From the NCBI RefSeq assembly GCF_009914755.1, contig NC_060942.1: a stretch of DNA of 64,000 bases. One strand, given 5' to 3'. The first letter of the stretch is position 1; each line of letters begins with the position of its first letter. This DNA is from the human T2T-CHM13v2.0 reference genome, Homo sapiens. The notes under the pieces were generated by a model. It worked only from the letters and a program-made list of their open reading frames with translations, was not told the origin of the DNA and did no database searches. Positions 11,054 through 24,061 of this stretch are shown here, in pieces. Position numbers and translations under genes: made by a program.

Positions 11054-12624
11054 TGTGTCTGGAATTGGTGGGTTATTGGTCTCACTGACTTCAAGAATGA
11101 AGCCGCGGACCCTTGCAGTGTTCCAGTTCTTAAAGATGGTGTGCCCGGAGTTTCTTCCTTCAAATGTTTAGATGTGTCCGGAGTTAGTTTCTTCTGGTGG
11201 GTTCCTGGTCTCACTGGCTTCAGGAGTGAAGCTGCAGACCTTTGCGGTGAGTGTTACAGTTCTTAAAAGCGGCATGTCTGGAGTTGTTCGTGCCTCCTGG
11301 TGGGTTTGTGGTCTCGCTGGCTTCAGGAGTGAAGCTGCAGACTTTCGTGGTGAGTGTTACAGCTCACAAAGGCAGTGCAAACCCAAAGAGTGAGCACCGG
11401 CAAGATTTACTGCAAAGAGCGAAAGAACAAACCTTTCACAGCATGGAAGGGGACTCGAGCAGCGTGCCACTGCTGTCTTGGGCAGCCTGCTTTTATTCTC
11501 TTATCTGGCCCCACTCACATCCTGCTGATTGGTCCATTTTACAGAGAGCTGATTGGTCTGTTTTACAGAGAGCTGATTAGTCTGTTTTGACAGAGTGCTG
11601 ATTGGTGTGTTTACAATCCCTGAGCTACACACAGAGTGCTGACTGGTGCATTTACAATCCTCTAGCTAGACATAAAAGTTCGCCAAGTCCGCACCAGATT
11701 AGCTAGATATAGAGTGCTGACTGGTGCATCCACAAACCCGGAGCTAGACACAGAGGGCTGATTGGTGCATTTACAATCTTCTAGCTACACATAAAAGTTC
11801 TCCAAGTCCCCACCAGATTAGCTAGATACAGAGTGCTGACTCGTGCATCCACAAACCCCGAGCTAGACACAGAGTGCTGATTGGTGCATTTACAAACCTT
11901 GAGCTAGACACAGACTGCTGATTGGTGCATTTACAATCCTCTAGCTAGACATAAAAGTTCTCCAAGACCCTACCCAACTCAGGAGCCCAGCTGGCTTCCC
12001 CTAGTGGATCCTGCACCAGGGCGGCGGGCAGAGGTGCCCGCCAGTCCCGTGCCACGTGCCTGCACTCCTCAGCCCTTGGGCGGTAGATGGGACCAGGCGC
12101 CTTGGAGCAGGGGGAGGCGCCCCCTGGGGAGGCTCCATCTGCTTAGGAGCCCACGGGGTGGGGTGGGGTGGGGGGGCGCCGGCATGGCAGGCTGCAGGTC
12201 CCGAGCCCTGCCCCGCAGGGAGGCAGCTGAGGCCTAGTGAGAATTCGAGCACAGTGCAGGCGGGCCAGCAGTGCTGGGGGACCCAGCGCACCCTCCACAG
12301 CTGCTGGCGCGGGTGCTAAGCCTCTCATTGCCCGGGCCGGCGTCGCCAGCCGGCAGCTCTGAGTGCTGGCCGGGCGAGACTGCACCCACCCGGAACTCGT
12401 GCTGGCCTGCGAACACCACGCGCAGCCCTGGTTGCCACCCGCGCCTCTCCCTCCACACCTCCCTGCAAGCAGAGGGAGCCGGCTCCGGCTTTGGCCAGCC
12501 CAGAGAGGGGCTCCCACGGTGCAGCAGCAGGCTGAAGGGCTCCTCAAGCATGGCCAGAGTGGACGCCGTGGCCTGAGGAGGTGCCAAGAGCGAGCGAGGG
12601 CTGCTAGCACGTTGTCACCTCTCA
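11054..12624 (-). mobile_element. ERV9 solo LTR12-family LTR (copy 2, 1571 bp)
   Basis: Begins TGTGTCTGGAATTGGTGGG, ends GTCACCTCTCA; expanded U3 repeat array; CpG-rich 5' part. Confidence 0.96.
11491..11960 (-). promoter_or_regulatory. LTR12 U3 promoter/enhancer: CCAAT (NF-Y) repeat array plus AATAAAA TATA-like box
   Basis: 10 GCTGAYTGGT-like units (6 with intact ATTGG) at 11524-11930; TTTTATT at 11491-11497. Function is inferred from known ERV9 LTR biology. Confidence 0.7.
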
Positions 12625-13549
12625 CTACTACAAGAAAACATTGGGGAAACTCTCCAGGATGTTAGACTGGGCAAAGATTTCTTGAGTAATAACCCACAGG
12701 CACAGGGAACCAAAGCAAAAATTGACAAATGGGATCACATGAAGTTAAATAGCTTTTGCCAGTGAAGAAAACAACAAAATGAAGAAACAACCCAAAGAAC
12801 GGGAGAAAATATGTGCAAACTGTCCATCTGACAAGGGGTAATAACCACAATATATAAGGACCTCAAACAATTCTATAGGAAAAAATCTAATAATCTGATT
12901 AAAAATGGGCAAAAGATCCGAATAGACATTTCTCAAAGTAAGAATTAGAAATGGCAAACAGGTATATGAAAAGGTGCTTGACATCATTGATTGTCAGAGT
13001 AATACAAATCAAAACTACAATGATATCTCATTCCAGTTAAAATGGCTTCTATCTAAAAGGCAATAACAAATGCTGGTGAGGATATGGAGAAAAGGGAACC
13101 CTTGTACACTGCTGGTGGGAAAGTAAATTAGTACAACCACTATCAGGAACAGTTTGGAGGTTCCTCAAAAAAGTACCAATAGAGTCCATACGATCCAGCA
13201 ATCCCCCTCCTAGTTATATACCCAAAAGAAAGGAAATCAGTATATCAAAGAGATATCTGCACTCCCATGTTTACTGCAGCACTATTTACAATAGCTAAGA
13301 TTTGGAAACAACCTAAGTGTCCATCAACAGATAAATGGAGAAAGAAAATGTGGTACATATATCTAATAGAATACTATTCAGCCATGAAAAAGAATGAGAT
13401 CCTGTCATTTGCAACAACATGAATGGAACTATGTGTCATTATATTAAGTAAAATAAGCCAGGCACAGAAAGACAAACTTCACATGTTCTTACTTATTTGT
13501 GGGAGCTAAAAATTAAAACAATTGAACTTCTGGAGATAGCAGAAGGAAA

Positions 13550-13875
13550 GGCTGAGTGTGGTGGCTCACATCTCTAATCCCAGCACTTTGGCATGCCAAG
13601 GCGGGCGGATCACTTGAGGTCAGGAGTTCGAGACTAGCCTAGCCAACGTGGTGAAACCCCATCTCTACTAAAAATACAAAAAATTAGCCAGGCATGGTAG
13701 GATGTGTCTATAATCCCAGCTACTTGGAAGGCTGAGGTGGGAGAACTGCTGGAATCCGGGAGGCAAAGGTTGGCAGTGAGCCAAGATCGCCCCACTGCAC
13801 TCTAGCCTGGGTGACAGAGCAAGACTCCATCTCAAAAAAACAAAACTAAACAAACAAAACAACAACAAAAAGAAC
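13550..13875 (+). mobile_element. Alu (AluSx/Sz-like) in L1 3'UTR
   Basis: Full two-arm Alu with (CAAA)-rich tail; no evident TSD. Confidence 0.93.
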
Positions 13876-14244
13876 AAATAAGACTAATATTTGCTAGCAC
13901 AACAGGGTGACTACTGTTTAAAATAATTTAACTGTACATTTAAAAATAAGCAAAAGAATATAGTTGGATTGTTTGTAACACAAAGGATAAATGCTTGAAG
14001 TGATGGAGACCCCATTACCCCAGTGATTATTACGCACTGGATGTCTGTATCAAAATATCTTACGTAACCCACAAATACATACACCTACTACATATCCCCA
14101 CAAATTAAAAAGAAAAAAGAAATATTTAAAAATCTGGCTTAGCAAGAAAAATAGTTTGGCTATCTTTGAATATAGGTGGTCTCCTTACACAAGTTACACT
14201 GAATTTAGGTTCTTCTTTTTAAAATATAAAACAAACTAGAATAG

Positions 14245-14946
<702 letters not shown>

Positions 14947-15263
14947 CAACAGTACTATCACCAGCAACATTAGTACAATTGTCTGACCTCTGGGAAGGAT
15001 TGTTAATGAGATTGACAATAACAGCATCCAAGTTAAGTTTACAAAGTTTTCTTTTTGTAATCAGAAAACTAGCATTCAGTTTGATTCATTCTTTCTTATT
15101 AGTAGGAGAGCAAGAGAAATAAGAAGGATGGCACAGACTCTATATCCTACCCACATTTTCATCCACTAAAATGTTCTAACATCAGGGATTTACAACCTTG
15201 TTTATGCTATGGACCTCTTTAGTATTCTGATGAAATCTATTAATTTATTCTCATAATAATGTA

Positions 15264-15792
15264 TTTGTTTTGTTTTCTGTTTCTGAGACATGATCTCACT
15301 CTGTCACTCAGGCTGGAGTGCAGTGGTGTAATCATGGCTCACTGGAGCCTTGACTTCCTGGGCTCAAGTGATCCTCCCATCTCAGCCTCCAGAGTAGCTA
15401 GGACCACAGGCACCTGCCACCAACACCTGACTACATTTATTTTATTTTCTTAACATTTTATTTTATATTTTTTGTTTTATTTTATTTTATTATTTTATGT
15501 TCCAGGATACATGTGCAGGATGTGGAAGTTTGTTACATAAACATGTACGATGGTAGTCTGCTGCACCCATCAACCCATTACCTAGGTATTAGGCCCAGCA
15601 TGCATTAGCTATTTTTCCTGATGCTCTCCCGCCCCCCACCCCCAATGCCTGGCTAGTTTTTAAAAAAATTTTGTAGAGAAAGGGTCTCACTATGTTGCCT
15701 AGGCTGGTCTTGAACTTCTGGGCTCAAGTGATCCTTCTGCTTCTGCCTCCCAACGTGCTGGGATTACAGGCATGAGCCACTACACATAGCCT
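15264..15792 (-). mobile_element. AluJ split by an L1PA 3' fragment
   Basis: Right arm about 15264-15435, left arm about 15645-15792. Confidence 0.88.
15445..15643 (-). mobile_element. L1PA (about PA8-10) 3'-end fragment
   Basis: GATACATGTGCAGGATGTG...CCTAGGTATTAGGCCCAGCATGCATTAGCTATT is a primate L1 3'UTR in reverse. Confidence 0.88.
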
Positions 15793-16304
15793 ATAGTAAT
15801 GTCTTTAAATGCATACAACACAACTTCTAAGATTATAAAATATACTAAAATATAGTTAACACAATAACAAAATTATAATATAGTTTCATGTATATGCTTC
15901 TTTATACACCCATTAAATTACATGATATTGGCAGATGCAATTAATTTTAGAGTGGTGATGAGTATATTTGAGAGATATGCAATCACTGTAATTTAACATG
16001 AAAAGATCTGTGTTTTCTATTGGTGACAACACGAATATGCTAATACTACTGTGGTTTATCACTTAGATTCACAGTTGAATGAATGTTTAATTTCAGTTAC
16101 AGGGTAGCAAAAGTAACGATGCATTTTCTCCCATTCACACTCACAGATACCCCCAACCCCGATTATGAATCCCTGTTCTATACTCATTAAAAAAAAAAAA
16201 AATCTGAGTTCTAGGTATATGGTGTTGATCTATACATTTATATAAGAAAGTATTATCTATGAGCATCAAAATAATACAAATTTCATACAACTATTATATT
16301 AGTC

Positions 16305-16445
16305 TTTTTTTTTTAAGAGATGGGGGTCTCCAGCCCAGGCTGGAGTGCATTGGCCCTTCATAGGTGTGATCATAATGTACATCAGCCTAGAACTCTTGGC
16401 ATCAAACAATCCTCCTGCTTCCACCTCCCAAGTAGCCGGGACTAG
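16305..16445 (-). mobile_element. Alu right-arm fragment (AluJ/FRAM-like)
   Basis: poly-T, CCCAGGCTGGAGTGCA...CCTCCCAAGTAGCCGGGACTA. Confidence 0.8.
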
Positions 16446-16551
16446 AAAACTCTCATATTTGCTAAATTCATTTAGGTTCCTATGAGTAGATATAAATTAG
16501 AACATTATGAGATATTCCAATTATTCATAAAAACAAATGCAATCATGTTAC

Positions 16552-16591
16552 CTGAATGTAAAAACTTCATCTATATAGTCCAATGAATCTT
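16552..16591 (-). other. Candidate 40-nt spliced exon of an unidentified minus-strand host gene
   Basis: Minus strand reads TTTCTTGTATCACAACTATTTTTAG | AAGATTCATTGGACTATATAGATGAAGTTTTTACATTCAG | GTAACA; lies in non-repeat sequence; one open frame (DSLDYIDEVFTF). Confidence 0.45.
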
Positions 16592-17069
16592 CTAAAAATA
16601 GTTGTGATACAAGAAATATGTATTGTCCTTTTCCATGTTATTGGCATCAATTGTATCTATAATCCCTTAGATCTTTAGAAGATTCTTGGGGCAAATAAAA
16701 AACCCCAAAACTGTTACCACTCAAAATAGAACAAGATACCGAAAAAGAAAAATTAAAGGAATATAAAATTATTTAAAAACTTTAGGAGTTACAGAAGAAC
16801 ATAAGATGAAAATATACTATTAAAGCCAAACAAATCTATTTTTATGTACAAAAGCATTCCTGAAATGTGTAAATATTCAAGAGCAAACTATTAAATTCTA
16901 TCTTTTTCTAATGAACAAAAATCATACATAAAGCCGATGTAAATAGAGTATATATATTATGTTTTACATATCTTCAGTTTCTTAAACAGCTATTCTTTTC
17001 CTGAAATTCATGTTGCATAAAAGGGGCTTTTCATACTGATACAAAAAGCATAGTTTTACAATGTCAGGT

Positions 17070-17455
17070 TAGAACTAGCCAAGTTCATCCTAAAATTCAT
17101 ATGAAAAAATAAACTAGCAAAACATCCAGGAAAATTAAAGGGTCCCAGCTCTATCACATACTCAAGGATCTAATCAATGATTAGAGCAGTGTGACCCTAG
17201 AGCATAAACAGGCATACAGACTAATGGAACAGACCCAGTGGGCAAAGAAAGTTGGACTGGGTAGTGGCAGTCATTGGAAAAAAAATGAAACCAAGAAACT
17301 ACTAGGAGAATAAAGGGGGCGAATTAGAGAAGACTTCCCTAACTATGAGTCAAACTCTAGAAGCCATAAGGAGAAAGACAGTTATGTTAAACATAAAACA
17401 CATGTATAAGGCAAAACAAAAATTTTAAAACACCATGAACAAAGTAAAAAACAAA
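17070..17455 (+). mobile_element. Old L1M ORF2-end fragment
   Basis: AAGTTCATCCTAAAATTCATATGAAAAAATAAAC...CTAATGGAACAGA. Confidence 0.6.
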
Positions 17456-18334
17456 AAACAGTTTCTAAATCCACATGTAAGGAGCTTAGAAGTCACTACT
17501 CTATTCTGACAACAAGTAAAAAGCTGAACAAATGGAAAAATCAACAACTCTTCCTGGATCCATACAGATGAGAGCAGAGGGCAAACCAATGTCCCCAAGA
17601 TTGGAGAGGCAGAGAGGTGAATACAGGTATTCGTGGCTTCCAGAGCAGAGCATTATAAGTGGAAACTGCCCTGGGAACCAGCGCCAGGGTGGGAAAAATT
17701 GAATGGTAACTGACCAAGTGCTAGGAGCTTAGCACAGCAATCCTGAGAATTAAAAAAAACTCCAGGGGACCTGGTCAGAGGAGGACCCTCACACTTGTGT
17801 ATGTTTTACCGAAGAGAACTGAAAGCTCCAAAACTGAAAAGCAAAGAGAACAAAGACTGGGGAAAAACAAAAACAAAAAACAAAATGGAGTATCTAAGGA
17901 CTGTGGGACAACTATTATGCAAAAGGTATAAATTATGTGTAATAGGAATAACAAAAGAAGAAAGAAAGAAAAAGAAAAGAAAAGAAAAAGATACCTGAAG
18001 GAATAATGACCAAGAATTTCCTTCAATTATTGTCAGACATCAAACTACAGGTCCAAAATTTTAAAGAACATCGAGCATGATAAATGCCAAAAAACTACAC
18101 ATAAGCATATCAGTTTCTAACTACAGAAAATCCAAGATACAGCAAAAATTCTTAAAGAAGTTAAAAGGACAAAAACCACACCTTACCTATGGAGGAACAA
18201 AGATAAGAATTACATTTCACATCTCAGAAACCATGCAAGCAAGAAGAAAATGGAATGAAATATTCAAAATGTTAAGAGAAAAACCTGCATCAACCTAGAG
18301 TTTTGTATTCAGCAAAATTACCCATCAGAAGTGA

Positions 18335-18699
<365 letters not shown>

Positions 18700-18736
18700 T
18701 AGACATGCCTTGCAAGGAATGTTAACAGAAGTTCTT

Positions 18737-19339
<603 letters not shown>

Positions 19340-20491
19340 GAAGTTATTTAGAGAGAAAGAAAATAATATGGGTCAAAAATTCAGATCTACGTAAAGAAAG
19401 GAGGAGCACTGAAGTAAAAATAAGTGATGGTAAAATAAAAACTTTTATTTTGCTTATTCTTAATTGGTCTAATAGCTAACAGTTTGTCCAAAATAATAAT
19501 AGCAACAATGTATTCAATTATGTATGCTTATGTATATATCTTATTCGGGATTATTTCATTAGTACAGGGCACTCACATTACCTATCAAGAGGTAGAGTGT
19601 TATTTGAACTGGGCTTGGATTAGCTGTAAATGTATACTAGAAATTCTAGGGAAACCAATAAAGAAACTCAATAAAAGAATAAATAATTAATAACCTTCCA
19701 AAACAGAAAGCACCAGGACCAGATAGGTTCACTGGTGAATTCTACCAAACATTCAAAAAGAAATTATGTCAACCCTCTACAATCTACCTCAGAATATACA
19801 AGCAGAAGGAATATTTCTAATTCATCCTATGAGGCCAGCATTACCCTAATACCAAAAGCAGAAAAAGATATTATGAGAATACGACAGACCAATATCTCTC
19901 ATGGACATAGACGCAAAAATCTTCAGTAGAATACTAGCAAATTGAATCCAACCATGTACCAAGAAAATTATACACCACAACCAAGTGGCATTTATCCCAG
20001 GTATGCAAGAAATAAAACTTAGTTCGCAGATGACATGATCATCTAAGTAGAAAATACAAAAGAATGAACAAAATCCCTCTGGAACTAATAAGCAATTATA
20101 GCAAGGTTGCAGGATACAAGGTTAATATACAAAAGTCAATCATTTTAATACATATCAGCAATGAACAAGTAGAATTTGAAATTAAAAATATAATACCACT
20201 TACATGAGCACCCCCCAAAATAAAATACTTAGGTGTCAATCTAACAAAATACATACAAGATCTGTATAAGGAAAAATACAAAATACTGATGAACAAAATG
20301 AAAGAACTAAAGACACGGAGAGACACTCCACATTCATGGACAGGAAGACTCATTGTCAAGATGTCAGTTCTTCCCAGCTTGATCTACAGATTCAATGCAA
20401 TCCAAATTTCAGCAAATTATTTTGCAGATATTAACAAACTAGTTCTAAAGTTTATATAAAAAGGCAAAGGACCCAGAATAGCCCACATAAT

Positions 20492-21200
20492 ATTACTCTT
20501 AACTGGTGGATCACAGTGACATTTTGGGTCTCCTAGAATCACTATCTGTTCAGAGCCTGTGTCCAGCTGTCCCTAAGAGGTCTGATTACTCCTTTTTCCC
20601 CAATATGCAGTTACACTGGTAAAAAGCCCTAAGTCCTTTGGGGAAGGATTAACAAAATATAAATTTTTGGTAGCATACCAGGATCCTTCCTTAAGGGAAT
20701 TCAGCCTCCCTACATTCAATGGATTCTGGGTCTGGAAATGGCTCAAGTATGGGAATTGACTGAGGGTCATGACTCTCTGTTTTTATTAATCAAGTTTGAG
20801 TTTTGTTTACCTAACCTATAACTTTCCTGCTTATACAAATCAAGTAAGAATTTACTACGTTTCCCATTTCACTTCTAGAAATGCCATGATCAAATAACCA
20901 AAGCCATTGGTCTTTGTGAGTTGGACTATTATGACTGCTGCTTTAACTCTGCTGTTCATTTTGGTAATCATGTCTGCCTTGCCTTTGGTGACTGAGTGCC
21001 ACCATTTGGCTCCTGCCACCCTGGGATCCAATTACTTCCATTGCATTAGGTTTCCCAATTCAGTGACCAGAGTTCCCACTGTAAGGTATGGCATACGTAG
21101 ACGTAGAAGAGTGATCGGGGTACTTCAAGGATGCTGGGGTTCCCCTTACTAATTTATTTTTCACAGTCATGGTGAAAGTGTTTTCTGGACCTTCCCAGGG
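20492..21200 (-). mobile_element. ERV-L (HERVL-type) internal gag/protease fragment
   Basis: Minus strand encodes degraded LSQFPYLSHF...FTSVTAYWGKRSNQT followed by CTGGACACAGGCTCTGAA (LDTGSE, the retroviral protease motif). Confidence 0.85.
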
Positions 21201-21299
21201 TGGGAACATAGGTGTTAAATGACAAATCCACTCTTACATGCCAATCATTTTTCTCATCTTACTACAAAGTTACCTTTGCAAGCTAATTTTAGTTATCAC

Positions 21300-21752
21300 T
21301 CATGTATGCTGCTGTCCAGCTATACTGATTTCTTACTCTTTCCTTTATATGCTCTACACTTTCTCATCTCTATGCCACTGTTCAGTATCATTCCTATTTT
21401 CTGCATGGCCTTTCTCCTGCATTTTGTATGTCCAACTCCACTCATCTGTCCATCCTCTTGCTCTAAAGAATCTCCTCTATGATGCCTTGGTATCCCTGAT
21501 TCTACCATCGCATCACAATCTCTATGAATTAATGAAAACAACTATTTTTTTCTTCAGAATCTTCATGATGTTAATTTGCATGTTTATGTGGTATATTTCA
21601 CTTGTTACCTTGGATTATGGCTAATTATATACCTATCTTAATTCTCCAACAAGACTAAGCTCCTTGAAGGCAAAATCCTTCTGTAATTCATCTTTATATC
21701 TTCACATTATTTTATAAACAGTAAGGACTCAAAAGTTAATGAGTGAATGAGC
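21300..21752 (+). mobile_element. L2 3' fragment
   Basis: AGACTAAGCTCCTTGAAGGCA...TGAGTGAATGA terminus. Confidence 0.65.
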
Positions 21753-22041
21753 CAAGATATAAATTATTTCCTCTCAGACATATATGGTTTAAAGTTAGAT
21801 ATGGAACTTATGAACACAGAAAGTTACTCCACCTTTGTCATTCCAACAGATCACTGTAGTGGTGATCCAGCGTGATCCAGCCTGAACAGCTCTGAAACAT
21901 CCTGGAGGAACTGCTAGCCCAAGGATAAACTACATCTGGTCTGGTTAAACATCCCAAATCTACTCACCTTTCCTAATTTAAACCTGAGCCAAAAAGTAAT
22001 TCTAAAATTAACCCATACTCTTAGAAATACAGGCATAACAT

Positions 22042-22340
22042 GGCCGGGTGCGGTGGCTCATGCCTGCAATCCCAGCACTTCGGGAGGCCAAGGTGGGTGG
22101 ATTACAAAGTCAGGAGATCGAGACCATCCTGGCTAACACGGTGAAACCCTGTCTCTACTAAAAATATACAAAAAAATTAGCCAGGCATGGTGGCAGGCAC
22201 CTGTATTCCCAGCTACTCGGGAGGCTGAGGCAGGAGAATGGCGTGAACCTGGGAGGGAGCTTGCAGTGAGCTGAGATCACACCAATGCACTCCTGCCTGG
22301 GCGACAGAGTGAGACTCCGTCTCAAAAAAAAAAAAAAAAA
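22042..22340 (+). mobile_element. AluY
   Basis: GAGATCGAGACCATCCTGGCTAACACGG, AATGGCGTGAACC; TSD ACAGGCATAACA. Confidence 0.95.
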
Positions 22341-24061
22341 GGAGCACAGGCATAACAAGGCTTGGCATTATTACACTGGCATGTGCACCAGCTGACTCAT
22401 CACTTTCACTGGATTGAGGGAATGTCTAATATTTTGCCAGAAAAGCATATACCTAGTTCTTCGGACACCATCTTGAATTGGAGACAAGGGGGGCTACCAG
22501 AAAAATGACTGAAACATAAGAGTACCTGGACAGGTGACTTTGCATAGATATATACTTATTTATGCTAATTTTAGGAGGTTATTGGCCAAAACGTAGAAAT
22601 GTTTAAAAACAACAACAACAAAAAAAAAAAAAACAAGAGAAAAGACAGCATCAGATCTAAAATATTCATCTGAGTTACTAGTCTCAAGGCAGGTGGAAAA
22701 CCGTTGCTCATGTCCTATCACAGTAGCACCAGCCCCCTTGCCCCCTTGGACATTTCCAGGGCCTCTGACATTCGTTAAAATGAACATGAATTACAGTGTA
22801 AAGTTTTAGAACTAAATGAAACAAGTGGTTTTAAAGCCCAACCAATTGAAATGGGGTAGAAGAAAAGAGGGCACTAAATAAAACCACATATTCTAAAATT
22901 TAAGGCTACTACAATGTCATATCTACTTGTTTATCCTGTGTGGGGTCAACAGACACACAGATGGAACTGCTTGTTCTCTAGCTGCCAGGTCCAGCCACTG
23001 AGGGCAGCCTCACTATTGAATAGCAGCACACACACTAACACCAATGCTTCATGCAGAGCACCCACCACGTATCCCATAATCAAGTCTTCCCATCACCACG
23101 TTATTCCCCTTCATCCAGCCCCTCTTTGTGCTGACTTTGACTTCCTAAAAGTATTGGAGTCCATATTTGTCTCCTTTGCTGGCATGATCAAGTATGATTC
23201 TTCTTGGTATTTGCTAGAATGCAGCGCTTTGCTCTCCATGCAGTATGTGCTTTAAAATTTTTGTTTAACATGTGTAAATAGCAATAGATAGCGTAAGTCT
23301 TAAATGTCAAATCTGCTGAAATGGAGATGACCTATATCAAATATCAAGGTTGTGGAGCACAGCGCCTACCCTTTCAGTTGTTATCTAACAAACAGTAGCT
23401 GCTATTGCCTTTGTCGTCATGCTTCATTACCAAAATCCCCTCTTTTCCAGCTTAAAAATTCAAAAACCAAAACCAGAAAAGTTTCTTCAAGTCCCCTTGT
23501 CAATCAAATAAATGGGATTTCCTTATATCTGTATAGCACTTCATTAGGAGTATGTTTTCCTTTATACATTACGATGATCCTGGGAAGCAGACATTAATTA
23601 TTCTCATTTTAAACATGAGAAAACTGAGGCAGTTAATATATAACAAAGCCAGGCTGGAGTCCTCCTCACTTATGGAATTCCATATCCATAATTCTACTCT
23701 CCCACAGAGCCGCACACCTGGACATCTCCTACTCTGCCATGCTTGGGCTAAAATGTGGCATCAAGAATTAAATCCTATTCCATGTGTTGTATAATCATCA
23801 GATAACACACCAAATGAGGACTTCCCTTGTTCCACACCACATAAATACAACCAGTTCAGTATTCAGATTTCTGGTAAGCTCATTAAATTATCAACCCTTT
23901 GGGTTTACAGTCAACCAGAATGGCCAAGTCACACACATCATAATAGTTAAGCATATTTCTCCTTTAGTGTGTGTTTCTTTTTTTTAGCTTGTGAAAGATG
24001 TTTTTCAGACCTGGTAAAAGGTTACATATTTATCTCAAACCTATTTTATCCTATTTATTTA

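Larger units (their letters stand above)
15183..16175. mobile_element. hAT-Charlie-type DNA transposon (MER119-like), interrupted by an AluJ
   Basis: TIRs CAGGGATT (15183) / AATCCCTG (16168-16175); TTCTA-type target sequence on both flanks. Confidence 0.65.

Noticed and set aside
11524-11960. Repeat array that superficially resembles CRISPR repeat-spacer structure
   Set aside because: The intervening sequences are themselves repeated, the array is the known LTR12 U3 repeat, the DNA is primate, and there are no cas genes.
9410-12624. LTR-internal-LTR provirus or new non-autonomous ERV
   Set aside because: The 372-bp spacer is L1 ORF2 collinear with the L1 on both outer sides. There is no convincing primer-binding site or polypurine tract, and the outer flanks do not form a TSD.
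10010-12665. Overlapping 77-185 aa GC-rich ORFs on both strands
   Set aside because: They lie in the GC-rich part of the LTR12s; stop-poor by composition, with no recognisable protein family.
20573-20770. Domesticated ERV-L gag gene
   Set aside because: Short, frameshifted and stop-interrupted.
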